Below, piece after piece: positions 37,878 to 51,975 of a stretch of 64,000 bases of DNA (its first letter is position 1; the number at the start of each line of letters is the position of its first letter). The position numbers were made by a program, and so were the translations under genes. Location of the stretch: NCBI GenBank assembly GCA_964234715.1, contig OZ174288.1. One strand, written 5' to 3'. The notes under the pieces are model-generated. The model was not told where the DNA came from. It was given only the letters and a program-made list of their open reading frames with translations, and searched no databases. Origin of the DNA: Podarcis melisellensis (lineage: Eukaryota).

Positions 37878-40800
37878 GTGAGTGTCTTTGCTTACTGTGT
37901 CCCTGTTCAGTGGTCTGTTGCCTCTCCCCTCCCTCTCTTAGGCTACTTCAGGAACAAGGCTTGGGGGATAGAGAGCATTAAGCTGTTGCCAGGGAGATTT
38001 GTGCGAAAATCAGGGCAGTGCAAATGTTGCCCCCTTGGATTCAGAATGACTTATGGGAGGTGAAGAGGTGTGCACGATGGTGGCGTTTATTTGGCGTTTC
38101 AAATTCCTTTGTTTTCGTTGGGCTTTGGAGTTGTGGAACTCTGACCCTTTCGCAACTGTGGTTTTGAGCAAATACTTGTGTTTTTGCGGTTGCTGTGTTG
38201 CACCAGAGCAGTCTTGCTCCCTCCACCCCCATCTCTCAGCACCTCCACATCCTGCCCCTTCTCCAGCCAAGTTGCACTTTCCTCTTTTGCAACGCCCGTT
38301 TCTGTCACATGACGTGTTGCAATGCATTGGTGACCTCACTGTTGTGGAGATCCCAGGATCGCAGAGGTAGTTTGTCTGCTGGCACCTTGGAATGCACCAC
38401 GGCAGTGGGGTTCACATGGGATCCTGGCATAAGGAGATCTGTGGGGTTGGAGAGCACATCAAGTCCATCAGCTGACTGACAGTGACTGGGCTGTGGTCAA
38501 AAGTTGGAAGCACTGGTCTGTTTAACACAACTGGCTTTTATAGCTACTGTAGTTTTGATTTATTTCTTTTTTTAAAAATTCATTTAAAATAAATAAAAAC
38601 TGTAGCCTGGCTGTAGGTGTACCCGGATGGGTAGAAACCAAAGAGTTCAATGACCTACTTACTCATCTCTTTTTTTGGAAACCTCACTGCGCGTTGCTTA
38701 AATTTTATTCCAGGATAGCACAGTTTTTTTTTTAAAAAAAGCAGCAAAGTAATTAGCAGAAACCTGGAGCGTTTTGTGTTTAAAGTCACTTTTGTTGTTT
38801 TAATGAAGTTCATGCTTAATGAAGTTGTCAAGCACCCAGGTCTTACTGAAAGTTGTAATTATCTCGTAGAACATTGTCCAGCGGGGTGTTTGGATGGTGC
38901 TCTCAGAAAGATTGGGTTATGGAAGTTGATTTTCTGTTGTTGTAACTTTAATTTGGTAGAGTTAATAGATTGGTCCTTGTTTCATATGTGTACACAGACC
39001 TAGGATGATAATATGAAGGGCAGTGTATTAGTGTTCCTCTAAATAAATGAGTGTTGATAGAAATGTGCTTTGTATGTGTTCAAGGGCGCACTTTTTTGTT
39101 ACATAATCTCACCAAATGACTGCTTCTTTAAAGAATGGGCAGAGTCAAAAGGGAGTAGACTGTGGTGCACACATAGGGATGGATAGAAGGCAGATGAGAC
39201 TGTGAAAGTGGTCATGGAATCCTAGAATTGGAAGGGACCCTGCAGGTCATCTAGTCTCATCCCCTGCAATACAAGATCCTCTAACAGATGATCACCCAAC
39301 CCCTGTGGAAAACCTCAAATGACTGAGAGTCCACCTCCTTCTGAGCGAGTCTGTTCCGCTGTTGAACAGCTTTTGCTTTCAGAAAGTTGTTCCTAATGTT
39401 GACTTGAAATCTTTCTTGTCATTTGAATCCATTGGTTCAGATGCTACCCTCTGGAGCAGCAGAAAACAAGTAATTTGGTCAGTGCTTGTAAGACGACCTT
39501 CTCCAATTTGGTGCTGTTTTAGGACAACCATTCTTATCATCCCCAGCCAGCATGGAGTTGTTGGCCAAAACAACTGGAGGGTACGGGGTTGGCAAAGTGT
39601 GCTGTAAAAGAGGCCCTCTCCCAACCCCAAAAAACTTGGACCACTGGGAATTTGGAATCCTTTCCCAACCCCCTATAGCTCTGCCAGATCCCCTACCCCT
39701 TTTCTCGGTAGCCACATGACCCGGAAAAGCTGTCTGTGACAAAAGTTCAGACCCCATAGTCAAATTCGGCTGAACTGCCACCATTTCCCGAGAGTGACTG
39801 GCTTGCAAAGAGTTAAACTCCTCTTCCAGGCGATAGCATCTAATGAGTATTGCAGCCCCACCTGTTTGTCTGGCAAAGAGGCAACTTCTGTCTTACTCTA
39901 ATGGCTCCCCGCCCCCCCTTCTCCTCCCCCCAAGGGCAGAACAAGCTGAGCTGTTTGGGAATGCGATTTGCTTCCTTGATAAGCTTAAAACCTTAAGGAG
40001 CCTAGGGCCTGGGCGCATGATAGCAAAACTTCAAGGAATGAAGTTATTGAGATCAGGCCTGATTAGTTGTGATGCCTTGGAGGGGAAGAGCTGGAGCTTA
40101 ACAGCGGACCATAGAACCATAAGATTGTAGCCTTGGAAGGTACCCCAAGTCATTTAGTCCAGCTCCCTGATTCCTCATGCACTACATGGTTAAACAGTCT
40201 CAGGAGGCAACTTGGATGGTTTTAAAACAGAATTGGACCAATTTTTTGAGGGGAAAGCCATTGATGTCTACCAGCCATGATGACTACGCTCTGTCATCAA
40301 AGTTTGAGGCAGACAATGCTTCTGAACACCAGTTTCTAGAAACCATAGGAGGGGAGATTGTGCATGAAACCTGCTTGCTGATTTAACCTCAGCCATCTTG
40401 TTGGCCGCTGTAGGGAGAGGATGCTGGCCTTACCCAGTGGCTCTTCTTAGGCTGTGATGGAATCACAGCTAAGGAATCCCTGCCAGATGGCCATCCAAAC
40501 TCTGTTTAAAAACCTCCCAACAACAGGAGTCCACACTCTTCCAGCGGAGTCAATTCCTCTGCTTTTGCCCTCAGAAAATTCTTCCTAACGATTAGCCAGG
40601 ATCTCCTTTCTTGTCATTTGAATCCATTGGTTCTGGTCTTACCCTCCGGAACAAGCTTGCGCCATCTTCCCTCCAGATATTTGAGAATGGCTATCGTATC
40701 TCTGCTAAACAAACCCACCTCTGCACATGTCCTAACTTACCAACATCTTTTGTAAAGCTGTGTTGCCCAGAACTGGACACAGGACACCAGGTGGGCTTTT

Positions 40801-43800
40801 TGACCAAGACGTAAGAGATCTTGCGCTTTTTAGGTTTTTGTATTCTTCTTTTTAAACTGGGCTTCAACGTGTGCCTCATTCTCTACAGGTCACTTACGGC
40901 CAAAAGAGCAACCAACCAATGCAATAAAGAAATAAGGAGAGTTTAGAAGCTGTTGGGGAAAATACCCCAAAGTCTCTTGATACCTCGGTTGGCTGTCCCA
41001 GGCAACTGAACCAGGGTACTGAGAGACACTTTGGTATTTTTCCTATCAAAGCTTTCTGGCCCAGTGGAGAGAGTCTCCCTTCCCCTTATTGTGTGGCTGC
41101 TGCCCTCCAGAACTCTGCTCTCAAACCTGATTTAAAGGCCTATTTCCATTTGCTGCTTTATATCTTTGCCCCTCTAAGAGAGTCGTAAATTAGCGGCTGC
41201 AGATTTCGAGCTTTGAAAGCCTGTGGAGGCGAAGAAAGTGCCAGAGAGGGACTCTTCAGACTTGGCAATTTGGCTGGGTGGTTGTTGTTTTTCTTCTTTT
41301 CGGGGGGGGGGGGATAATTCACTCTCTGCAAGCAAACCCCTCCCAGCCTACATCTTGCTTTGGGGGACGGCTCCTTTTGATGCCGGGTTCCCTGGCTGGT
41401 AATTATGTCAGATTTATATCTGCGCGAGGGGGTGGGCGGGCAGCTTTGTAGTCGATGTGTCTGTGTGATGTTTTTGGTTGGAGATGGCATTTTAAGGATT
41501 ATTGAACGAAATGAAATGAGCTGCCTTGATTGCGAGGGGAGGGAAAACCGATCCTTTAATCTGCCTTTTCGCCTTGCCTCTTCCAGCAGGTTGGGAAGAG
41601 GATTTGCTGGGCTCAGCTGGTAGCAGGGAGTTGGCTCTCCTCTCACCTTGCCTTCGCGCCCATCCACTCACATTGATGCTGCTTTTGCCAACCTGGGGTC
41701 CTCCAGCTGTTTTGAATGGCGACTCCCAGTTTTCATCCAGAACATCTGGAGGGCAAAGTGGCCAGGATGAAGAAAGCTGGTCTAATGGGACTTGTTTGGG
41801 GCGACTGTGGCTTTTGTGGGATTTGATTTGAAGGCAAATGTCTGCCTGGTGACGGCAGAGAGAAGTGCGGGGCTGTCCATTATGTGCTCACCTGGCCGGA
41901 TCTGGGACCCCATGGAACAACGTTCATAGTTGGGTGAGGTCCCTGCAATGGGTGTGGTGGGGCAGGGGAAAGACAGAATGAAAGCAAAGATGGTTTGGGG
42001 TGTCTTGAGAAGCCTAGAGATGGCTGGGAACAAAGCCTCACCCAGTCTTCGTTAAAAATGTATTTTTCTCTTGAATGTAAGACATTCTGTATAGTTGCTG
42101 AGCATGTCAGATCCCTTTAATTCTAAGTTGTGTTGGAATTCATGCGCCCCTGCTTCTCCACGGGTGGTTCCATGAGCATTTGCCTTTTTGGTGGTGGCCC
42201 TCCCTGTTTGGGGATGACTGTCCCCAGGGAAACACGCTTGCTGCCAATCTTATTTGTCTTTAGACAACAGGGAAATACTTTTCTCTTTTCACCCTTAAGC
42301 TTGAGAGATTGACCTCTTTTAGCTGGAGCAGGATTTATTTGTTTATTTATTTCATGAAATTTATACACTGTTTGACTGTAAAAAAAATGCCCCTTGAAGT
42401 CTGTAGGATGACTCTTTCAAAAGCAGTTACTTGTTTCAAGTGGCCTCTGGGGAATAATTTTAATTCTGCTTCCTCTGTGTTTCCATGGCTTTGAAAGGGT
42501 TTAGGGTGGTTTGGAAACCACCTGTGGGCTCCTCTTTGCCTGGGGAAAGCCCCTCACCAATCCCCAATTCATATAAGAAATGGAAAGCTTTCAGACATCC
42601 CATTCAAGTCCTAGTGGGAGTGAGCCCCAACACTGCTATCTCCTTTGTTTCAGCTGCTCCTAGTGTCATGGTGATTCAGGGTATGTGTTTTAGTCTGTTG
42701 TTAATACTTGCTCATCCCCAAAGGATTCCATCTGGCAATTCATGACTTCTGGGATGATATCCTGGGGGAACAGTCAAGGAATTCTAGGGTAATCTTCCTA
42801 TATACATAAAAATGTAAGGCTATCATTACACAGCCGGCATTGGAGGATTTGTAGTGTTTCAAAACAATCCATCCAGTGTGGAACTGTTCACACAGCAGGA
42901 AGAGAAAGAACTTGGTATTTTAGTGTGACAGCACCTACACTTTGGAACTCCCTGCCAATTGATATCAGGCAGGTGCATTACTGTCCTCTTTGAGCACCTG
43001 CTATAAACAGTTGTGTTCAGCTGAGCCTACCCAGATGTTTAGAAATTGGATGCAAGTCTTACCTGTTTTTAGTCTATGCTAATGTTTCGAATGTCTTAAA
43101 TTGTTGTTAATTTCTCTTACTTTGAGCTTTTTAAAAAACAACAACAGCCAAGCAGTGTGTAAATTTTATCAAATGAGAACACATTGGTGGGTTTTGTGCA
43201 GGCTGCCTTTGAATGGCCTCTGTTTAAGGATTAGTCATTGATTGGCTTTTACTACTTGTGAATCCTGAGTGGGAAGAGAGAAGGGTTCAATCATTTAAAA
43301 AAAATTATTTAGCCGCTGGATGAGAACAGCTGTTAACACAAGCTGCCATATGTGTTTGGGTGCATGTGCGGGCGCATGCGCACACACACTGAAGAAACGC
43401 AGCCAGGAGGTGTTAAATAGAAGGCCTGAATGAAAAGACCCCTGTTGCTCCTCCTCTGGCCAAGATATTCCTGCAAGTAAATCCCAGCCACTAATAGTGG
43501 TGTGGCTGCTGAGCAAGGAGGTTCTGAGCTAACAGACTTCTCAGGTGACCTGCATTAGCTTTATCTGCACACCATCGGGTAGACGCTTGAATGATTCATG
43601 CTGTTTTGTGCCCTCCAGACTAGCATGGCAGAGCAAAGCGCAGGGTTCCTTGGTGGATGTTTGTCTTTGAGTATATAAAAAACGGAGGAGATTTCTTTTG
43701 GGGAAATTGCAGCGGGAGCGGCTGTCTGGAGGCTTTGATGAGCAGTGGATAACTAGGAGAAGTTGGGAGCATGGGAAGCTGACACTGAGTCAGAACACTG

Positions 43801-44466
43801 GTCCATCTAGCTCAGCATTGTCTACACTGACTGGTAGCAGTGGAAACTCTCGGGGGTTTTGGCATCCCATCCCTACCTGGAGATGCTGCTGGGGTTTGAA
43901 CCTGGGACCTTCTGCCCGCAGAGCAGGTGCTGCCACTGAGCCTTTCTCCAAAAGGCCTAAAAATGCATCAAGTACAACTCGTCGCCACTTAGGATACATC
44001 CAGACAGATTGAAGGATGCTCTTAAAGCAAAATTTCACAGCAGGTTTAAGCTGCCTGTGAGTGGTCCTTTGTGTGGCGCAAGGACTCCTGCCTTTGGCAA
44101 ACTAATGAGCACGAGAGTCCTCTCCTCTCTTGCAGTTTCCAGCAACTGCACTCAGCAGCATTGCTGCTTCCAGCTGCGGGCAGCATAGCCATAATAGCTA
44201 GCAGCCATCGATACAATTTGGTAACCCTTTAAAACTGTCTAGATGGGTGGCCATCCCTGCTTCCTTGTGGGAGTGAGTGCCATAGTTTTGACTTTGTGCT
44301 GCATTGTAGCAGTTAAAATAGCTGTTTAAGCTTCTTGCTTTAAAATAGGTAAAATAAAATAGGTAAAATTAGGTATCTGCCTAATTGGGTGAGCAGAGGA
44401 AAGCCAGGTAGGTAGCTGTGTTGGCCTGATGCGGTAGAAATATATATATATATATATAATTTAAAT

Positions 44467-45146
44467 TGTCCAGTAGCACCTTAGAGACCAACTAAGTTTA
44501 TTCTTGGTATGAGCTTTCGTGTGCATGCACACTTCTTCAGATACAGTGGTACCTCAGGTTACAGAAGCTTCAGGTTACAGACTCGGCTAACCCAGAAATA
44601 GTACCTCAGGTTAAGAACTTTGCTTCAGGATGAGAACAGAAATTGTGATCCAGTGGCCCGGCAGTAGCGAGAGGCCCTCTTAGCTAAAGTGGTGCTTCAG
44701 GTTAAGAACAGTTTCAGGTTAAGAACGGACCTCCAGAACGAATTAAGTACTTAACCCAAGGTACCACTGTACTCTGAAACAGAAGTCACCAGACCTTTAT
44801 ATAGAGTGAGAGGGTGGGGAGGGGTATTACTCAGAAGGGTGGTGGGAATGGGTGATTGGTTGGTAGGTGTGGTAAACCTGTAGCTTTATTATGTATAATG
44901 AGATAAGAATCCAATGTCTCTATTCAGACCAGGGGTCTCCATGGTTTTAAGTTTGGTAATAAGTTGTAATTCAGCAACTTCTCTTTCCAGTCTATTTCTG
45001 AAATTCTTTTGTAACATGACAGCTACTTTGAGATCTTGTATAGAATGTCCTGGGAGACTGAAGTGTTCTCCTCCTGGTTTCTCTGTCTTGTGATTCCTGA
45101 TTTATGTCCATTTATCCTTTGGCGTAGGGTTTGGCCTGTTTGTCCA
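44467..45146 (-). mobile_element. Penelope-like retroelement fragment (GIY-YIG endonuclease C-terminal half plus terminal repeat region)
   Basis: Minus strand 45146-44893 reads GQTGQTLRQRINGHK/IRNHKTEKPGGEHFSLPGHSIQDLKVAVMLQKNFRNRLEREVAELQLITKLKTMETPGLNRDIGFLSHYT* with one frameshift. Confidence 0.85.
44544..44769. mobile_element. Tc1/mariner (pogo/Tigger-like) MITE inserted in the Penelope fragment
   Basis: TIRs CAGTGGTACCT...AGGTACCACTG flanked by TA duplication (44542-43 / 44770-71). Confidence 0.9.
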
Positions 45147-48100
45147 AACCAGAGTGCCTTTTCAGCCTAGTGGGACCTGCTGGTGAGACACCCCCACCCC
45201 CACCCAGCCCTCTCTGCTTTGAGCTCCAGCTAGTGATCTCCTTAAGAGATAATACTAGGAATCTGCCAAGTGCTTGAGACCCCCCCCCCCGAGTTGCGGG
45301 AGCCCCCTCCCATTTAGCTCAGCTCCTTTAGTTAATGGCAGGGACGCCTGGATTCACATTACAAACCCCCCACCCACCCACCCACCTCGCTGCCGCCCCA
45401 AATATCTGTTGAATCTCCTGGCTGGGCGTCCTTATTTTTATCTCCTGAATCGGCCTCGTTTGCCTCATGCGATTGGCAAATCCGTAATAACCGTTTGCGC
45501 CCACGCGCGCCCACACTCCTCCCTGAATTTAATTCTCATCAGCGGCGCTCTCCATCCTGGCTAATAACGCTTTGCTGCCGCAAATAGCTTTCAACACGCC
45601 ATTGAGAGCCTGGTTGAAGAGTGCACTTGAGCGAGTGCTAGACAGCTAGAAGTGCCCCTAATTGTCTCCCCGAGTGAGAACCGCTTGGAGGCTCAAGAGG
45701 ACCTTATTTTCATCTGCTTAGAGAGACTATATTCTGCTTTCAACAAATGCTGGAGGCACTTGGGCGGATGGCCTCATCCCCATCCCTTTCCCCTGCCCGC
45801 CTCTGCCCTTAAAGACTCCTTGGGGAACTGGGGGGTGGTATGCAGAAGCAGATAGGTGGCTGTGTGTGTTGTTGTGTTGTTGTTTTTTCCAAAGGGAAAG
45901 GGAGGAACTCAACTCGTTTATCCTCTTGGCTGGCTGGCCTGCTCTGCCAAGCCAAATGTCAGCAGGGGTGCTTGGTGACCCCTCTGCTCACTCCCCGGGG
46001 GGCTCGATTCTCCTGCGTGCCCCCTAAATCTGTTTCAGAAGCCCCCCACAACCCTCTGGAGCAGATTTGGGAAGGATGGGGGAGAATGTTGGCGAGTGAG
46101 AGGGGAGGGGAAAGTCCTGCTTCTGAAACAGAAACCCTTGCACTAAATGGATGAACACTGTTCAGCACCCAAATGGCAATCATCATCATCATCATCTGCC
46201 CTTCACCCTAAGGTCCCCAGGGCAGGTTACAACAACAACAGCCACTCAGAGTGTGGCTGGGGCAACCCAGATGGGTGGGGTACAAATAAAACAACAACAA
46301 CCACCACAACAACAGAAAATGCAATATCAAAAAACAACAACCCACAGCTGGAAAAAAATCTAATAAAATAATAACATCTAAGATTTTGATTTATGTGGAA
46401 ATTGTTTCCCGTTTGGTTGTGTATTTTTTTGATGTGGTTTATTCTTTATGACTTTTGTAATTATGTAAATCTTGTTATGCTGTAAGCCACCTTGAGCATT
46501 GTTTTTTTAACTGTGGAAAGGCGCCATACAAATAAAAAATGATGGTAAGGCAGTGGGGTTGTCTAAAGAGCTAACTGGGCAGAAATAGGAAGATAAGGAG
46601 AGCCTGCTGGATCAGGCCAATGGCCCATCTAGTCCAGCATCCTGTTCTCACAGTGGCCAACCAGATGCCTCTTCTGGGAGACCCGCAAGCAGGATTCGAG
46701 CACAAGATCACCCTCCCTTCCTCTGGCTTCCAGCAACTGCTATTCAGATGCATTGCTTTCTCTAACTCTGAAGGCAGAGCACAGCCATCGTACCTAGTAG
46801 CCAATGATAGCCTTTCTCCGTGGACTTGTCTAACCCTCTTTTAAAGCCACCCAAGCTATGCGCTGGGTGAAGGACTTCCATTTATCTGTCCTGAATATTC
46901 CAACATGTCTCTTCTTGCTCTTCTTTTCTCTAAAAAACCCCAAACAGTGCAACCTCTTCTGCATAGTCGCTCCCTCTCCTCGACTGTTTGGGTTTCCCTT
47001 TTCACAGCTTGCTGGACTGTGGGCCAACCAAGTGGGTGCCCTCTGCCTGTCTTGCCCTCCTGCTCCCATCGCCCCTTGCGGGCACCGCATTTGTCTGCCC
47101 TCTGATATGGAGGGTGGCGAGTCTGTGTAGATGACAGGTAGCAGAAGGGGCAATAGGCTTGGGTGACAGGGATGTAGAGTTGAAGATTTGGACATGGGGT
47201 GGAGTTGGTGGGCATCTGGTCAGTTGGCAACAACTCAGGGAGAATCCATTTCTTTGGGAGATTTTCAGGGTCGTGTTCCTTCAAGATGGACTTAAGTCAG
47301 CAGGCAGTTAGTCTTGCTTTTGAGTGCTGTGATTGTCCCCCCAAATGTTCTTCCCTGGTGAGCTTGGCCTCATGTTTGGCAGAAGAGAAAGTGAGTTTGT
47401 TCTTCACTCTTGAGGTGAGAAAACTGCTAAAGCTTTGAGAGGTTCCTTCTTTAAAAATTTACTTTTCCGGTGAGTGTCATCTCCCAGCACAAAGAGGATG
47501 AGCTTCATGGCCAAGTGGGGATTCGAACCCTGGTCTCCTCAGGTCCTAGTCCCTGCAACAACCCTGTGAGGTAGGTTAGGCTGAGTGACTGGCCCAAGGT
47601 TACCCACTGAACTACATAATGGCCAAGTGGGGATTTGAACCCTGGTCTCTCGGGTCCTAGTCTGACACTATAACCACCAACACCACACAGGCTTTCAATT
47701 GCTTTTCATTGGGTCATGACCCCACCTGCTTGGCATTGACTTTATCTAAATCACGCCCAGTGATTGCTGCCATCTCTTGGGATGTGTCACAGACCTGTCC
47801 AAAAATTGCATTCGTCAGCATTCTGTGCATATGACAAGAATTCTGGTCCTGGCTCCTGGACTCACTGCACTTGATGGAATCTGTTTTTCCTAAGTGGGCT
47901 GAAGTTGCCTTTGTTCACCATCACTCACTTGACAGTGTCTCTGTCTGCACCCGCAGCTGCCGGTTCCTCTCCCAAGTGTGGCTTTTATCCAGTGTTAATT
48001 TGTGGAGCCAATGTGATTGGCGGCTCCTGCACTCAGCAGAATGCGACCTGCCTTGGCACAGGCATTGTGATTTTTGCAGAGAGCTGCGGTCAGGCAAAGG

Positions 48101-49091
48101 AGCTATTTGCATAATGTCCTAGCGGGGAATGAGGGGTTAGGGTTGCTGTGGAAACGGGAGGGTGATGAATTAAGGTTGGTTGGTGGGGAGGGGCAAAGGG
48201 GGCTGAAATGCTGTAATGAATGGGGTGAATTTATGAGGAGGGTGCATTTTCCAAGACCCCCGCCTCTCTCCTGGCAGGCCTTCATTCAGCCCTAACCAGG
48301 GACAAGTGAGTTTTAAATTTTTCATTTGTCAAACTTAAGCGAACAAATATTTTAAAATGGACTATTGAATTGGATGTTAAGCGGGAAGGTGTAGCTTTGA
48401 TGTGAGGCCATGTTTCGGAATGTAAAACTTGGAGGTTTCCACACACACCCGCCACACACACACACAAACACACCTAACAAAAGTTTGCTTCTGAAATCCT
48501 TGCCAACGGCAGAAATATTTACAACTCAAGTTTTGTGACAAAAGGGCCATCTGCGTCCTGTCTGGGACCCCAGAGTACCTCAGTGTTTAGTTTTTAGGCT
48601 GCCTCTAATGATAACTTTTAATTTTGTGAGTTTTCGTGACCTGCTTGTTGATTTTAAACGGCTTCCGTACCCTTGTGGGACTTGAAGGGAGGAGCAGAGC
48701 AAAGGGAATACATTTGGTAGCAAGATTTAGCATGAGGAATTTCCAGCCAGAGTAGCAGCGGTCAAGGTGTGGTTGCTGCGTTCAGAGTCCCTTCCAATTC
48801 TACAATTCTGTGACTCTAAGGCTGCTGAGAGGGTGTAGCAAGTCTTGTCTTAATCATCCTAGAATTTTCTCCAGCCCTGATTGGTTGGATGTCCTCTAAC
48901 CTGTGGAATCCCCCACCACAATAAAACCATTGTGTATTTAAGGCTGCGTTTGCCAACCTGGTGCCCTCCAGACATTTTGGACTTCAGCTCTCATCAGTCC
49001 TAGTGCTGTTGTCCATAGGAATATAAGAACCTGCTGGATCAGACCAAAGGTGGAGGGAGAACATAGCCATTGTGGCTAAGAGGTATTGATA

Positions 49092-49465
49092 GCGCGGGTG
49101 GCACTGTGGTCTAAACCACTGAGCCTCTTGGGCTTGCCTATCGGAAGGTCAGCAGTTCGAATCCCCACGAAGGGGTGAGCTCCTGTTGCTTGGTCCCTGC
49201 TCCTGCCAACCTAGCAGTTTGAAAGCATGCCAGTGCAAGTAGATAAATAGGTACCACTTTGGTAGGAAGATAAACAGCATTTCCATGCTCTCTGGCACTC
49301 ATCATGGTCCTCCATGTGCCAGAAGCGGTTTAGTCATGCTGGCCACATGACCCGGAAAGCTGTCTGTGGACAAACGCTGGCTCCCTCAGCGAGATGAGCA
49401 CCACAACCCCATAGTCACCTTTGACTGGACTTAACTGTCCAGGGGTCCTTTAACTTTTACCTTTT
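49092..49465 (+). mobile_element. Sauria SINE (older, third subfamily)
   Basis: gcgggtggcactgtggtctaaacc head, conserved body, ggggtcctttaacttttaccttt tail. Confidence 0.88.
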
Positions 49466-50205
49466 AGTTGAAAACCTCTAGATTAGAAGGCACCAGATTG
49501 GCAGAGGCTGTCTTCAGAGGCCACAGGACTCTGTGGTGTCTTGCTGGCAGTGGTTTCTGGAGTGAGCAGCCCATTTCTTTTGCCCCTGAGCCTCTCTGTA
49601 GGGGGAGGGGTGTGTGCCTGGGGGTTTGTGCCACTGGGGCAAAAGCTTCTCTTTCTGGGCAAACCAGGATGCTGTTCCTTTTGATTGCCTGTTCTTGGGG
49701 TGGGGAGTGGGGAAAGGCTGGTTGGTTACTATTTGGTTCTGATATTTGTTCCAAGCTTTTGAAAAGGGGTTTCCGGAGACTGCAGATGCAGAGCTGCTTC
49801 CTAGCTGAACTTTTTAATTGGGGGCAGGAGGAGATGGCAGATCAAATTTCGGTGGAATGCTCCTGTTTATCTGCTGTTCACTCCATTGTTGGTTAACCCT
49901 TTGCTGCCATGACACTGGAAGAGAGAGGATTATTCTCCTGCCAACAGGCCGCCTAATCTCCCTTACTCCATAGATTGCTCTCTCGACCTCATCAGTCTGC
50001 AGAACTGGCGCTGTTACAGGTGTTGCAGAACACCCATTCCACATTTGGAAGTGTAGGCAGCAGCGTACACTTTGGAACTCACTGCCTCTTGACATCAGGC
50101 AGGGGGCATTGTTCCTGTACTCTTTTCAGGACCTGCTAAAAACATTATTGTTTTATGCAGAATGCTGATGTGTTTTTAGTTAATTGCTTGTTTGTAAATT
50201 TGGGT

Positions 50206-50310
50206 GTTTGACCAAACTGCGGGAGGCGGTGGAAGACTAGAGTGCCTGGTGTGCTCTGATCCATGGGGTCACGAAGAGTCGGACACGACTAAACGACTAA
50301 ACAACAACAA
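50206..50310 (+). mobile_element. 5'-truncated BovB tail (about 105 bp) inserted into an old L2 end
   Basis: BovB 3' terminus with (CAA)n; 12-bp TSD AAATTTGGGTGT (50196-50207 / 50309-50320). Confidence 0.9.
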
Positions 50311-51975
50311 ATTTGGGTGTGTGTGTTTTGTTCTTAGTAACAAGATGGTTTTTTAAATTCTTTTTGTAAACCACCTAGAGGTTTTCTACAATCAAGTGGT
50401 ATATAAATATTATGGGGGAGGGGGAAAATAGTGCCCCCTCCTTTGATCCTGGGAGCAAGCAATTATTAACTAACAAGCATTAAAACATTGCATATAAATG
50501 TTTCCTGCAGCTGATGTTCTGTGAAAGGGGAAGAGTAGTAGAATGCAGGAATCAGAGGCTTCCTCTACAGTTTTCAAAGCCCATTAGAAGAGAAATAGTT
50601 TCTACTACATGCATCATGCTCGCTGTAGCTTTTCCTGTCCAAAGGAGAAGAGATATTGTTTGGATAGCCTTCACTGGAAAATCAGCAGCTTGTAAGAACA
50701 GAGGACCTTTTGGCTTTCAGGAGATGTGTCTTGAGTTGTTAAATCATTTTTAAAAATTAAATGCTTTATTGATAACAAGCTGCTCTGACTTATGAAAAGG
50801 AATTTTGGATCATTTGATCCCATTCCAATGTGTGCTTTTGACCAGCCTCCATTGTTAGCCTTGTTTGTGGATTCCTTGGCCAGTGATCAGATTTTGTTTG
50901 CCTTGGAACCCAGAACTGTTTTAACAGCTGCCCTGGTCCAGGAGTGCTTGTCTTTTATTAACCCTTCTACATCCTGGATGAAATGGACAGGCTTGTACAA
51001 TGCTTCCTGCTCCCCCCGCCCCTAGAAAAATAGGTGCCAGTACTCACCATGAAGTGGTTATAGGAAGTGCCACACTTTTTAACAACAAAAAAAGAGGTGC
51101 CGGTACTACGTATCCTTGAAAACCTCCTGGAATAAAGAAGTGCTCCTGTGTATTTTGCATGTATTTGCAGTGAAGGATGTCTGAGTCCTGACGTTTCGCC
51201 AGATGCTCTCTGTGTACTTCCAAGCTCACCTATGGGTTCATGAGGATTAGAAACTTGATGTGTGCTTGTGCCCTGTTCCCCCTGCCCCACCCAACTACAG
51301 TATTGCAGGATACTGCAATAGGCCTGGAACATAAAGCACTGTGATACCAATTTTGGCTCCCCCCAAAGAATCATGGGATCTGTAGTTAAGGCTGCTGATA
51401 GGTGTTAGGAGATTCCTGTTCCTCTCCCAGGACTACAGTTTCCAGAGTCGTTTAACAATCAGTCCCTCTTCACAGGTAACTCTGGGAATTGTAGCTCTGG
51501 GAGGGGAATAGGGGGACACCCTTAAAAAACTACAGCTCCCAGCATTCTCTAGGGGAAGCCGTGACTGTTTAAAATAGTATCATAGTGCTTTAAATGTATG
51601 GTTTAAATGTAGTCATACTGCTGCTGTTACAAACATGCATATGGAATCTGTAGTTGCTGCATGGCAGCTGAGCCAAAGACTTCTCTTTTCCATTCGGCCT
51701 TGGGTTACTGGAAACTTGACTAATTATAGGATCATTTAAATGTTGAGTTGGAAGAGACTCCTAGGGTCATCTAGTCCAACCCCCTGCAATGCAGGAATCT
51801 CAGCTAAGGATGTGGGCATGCTGTTCCGGGGGTTGCAAAGCTTTCGTTGCAGCTGCTTCTAAACCCTGGATCGTGTCTCCTCCCCTTACCCCCCCACCCC
51901 CCACACACATCTGTAATATGGTATCTGAATGACAGTAAATTGACTCTCTCTCTCTCTTTCCTATCTTCTTTCTAG

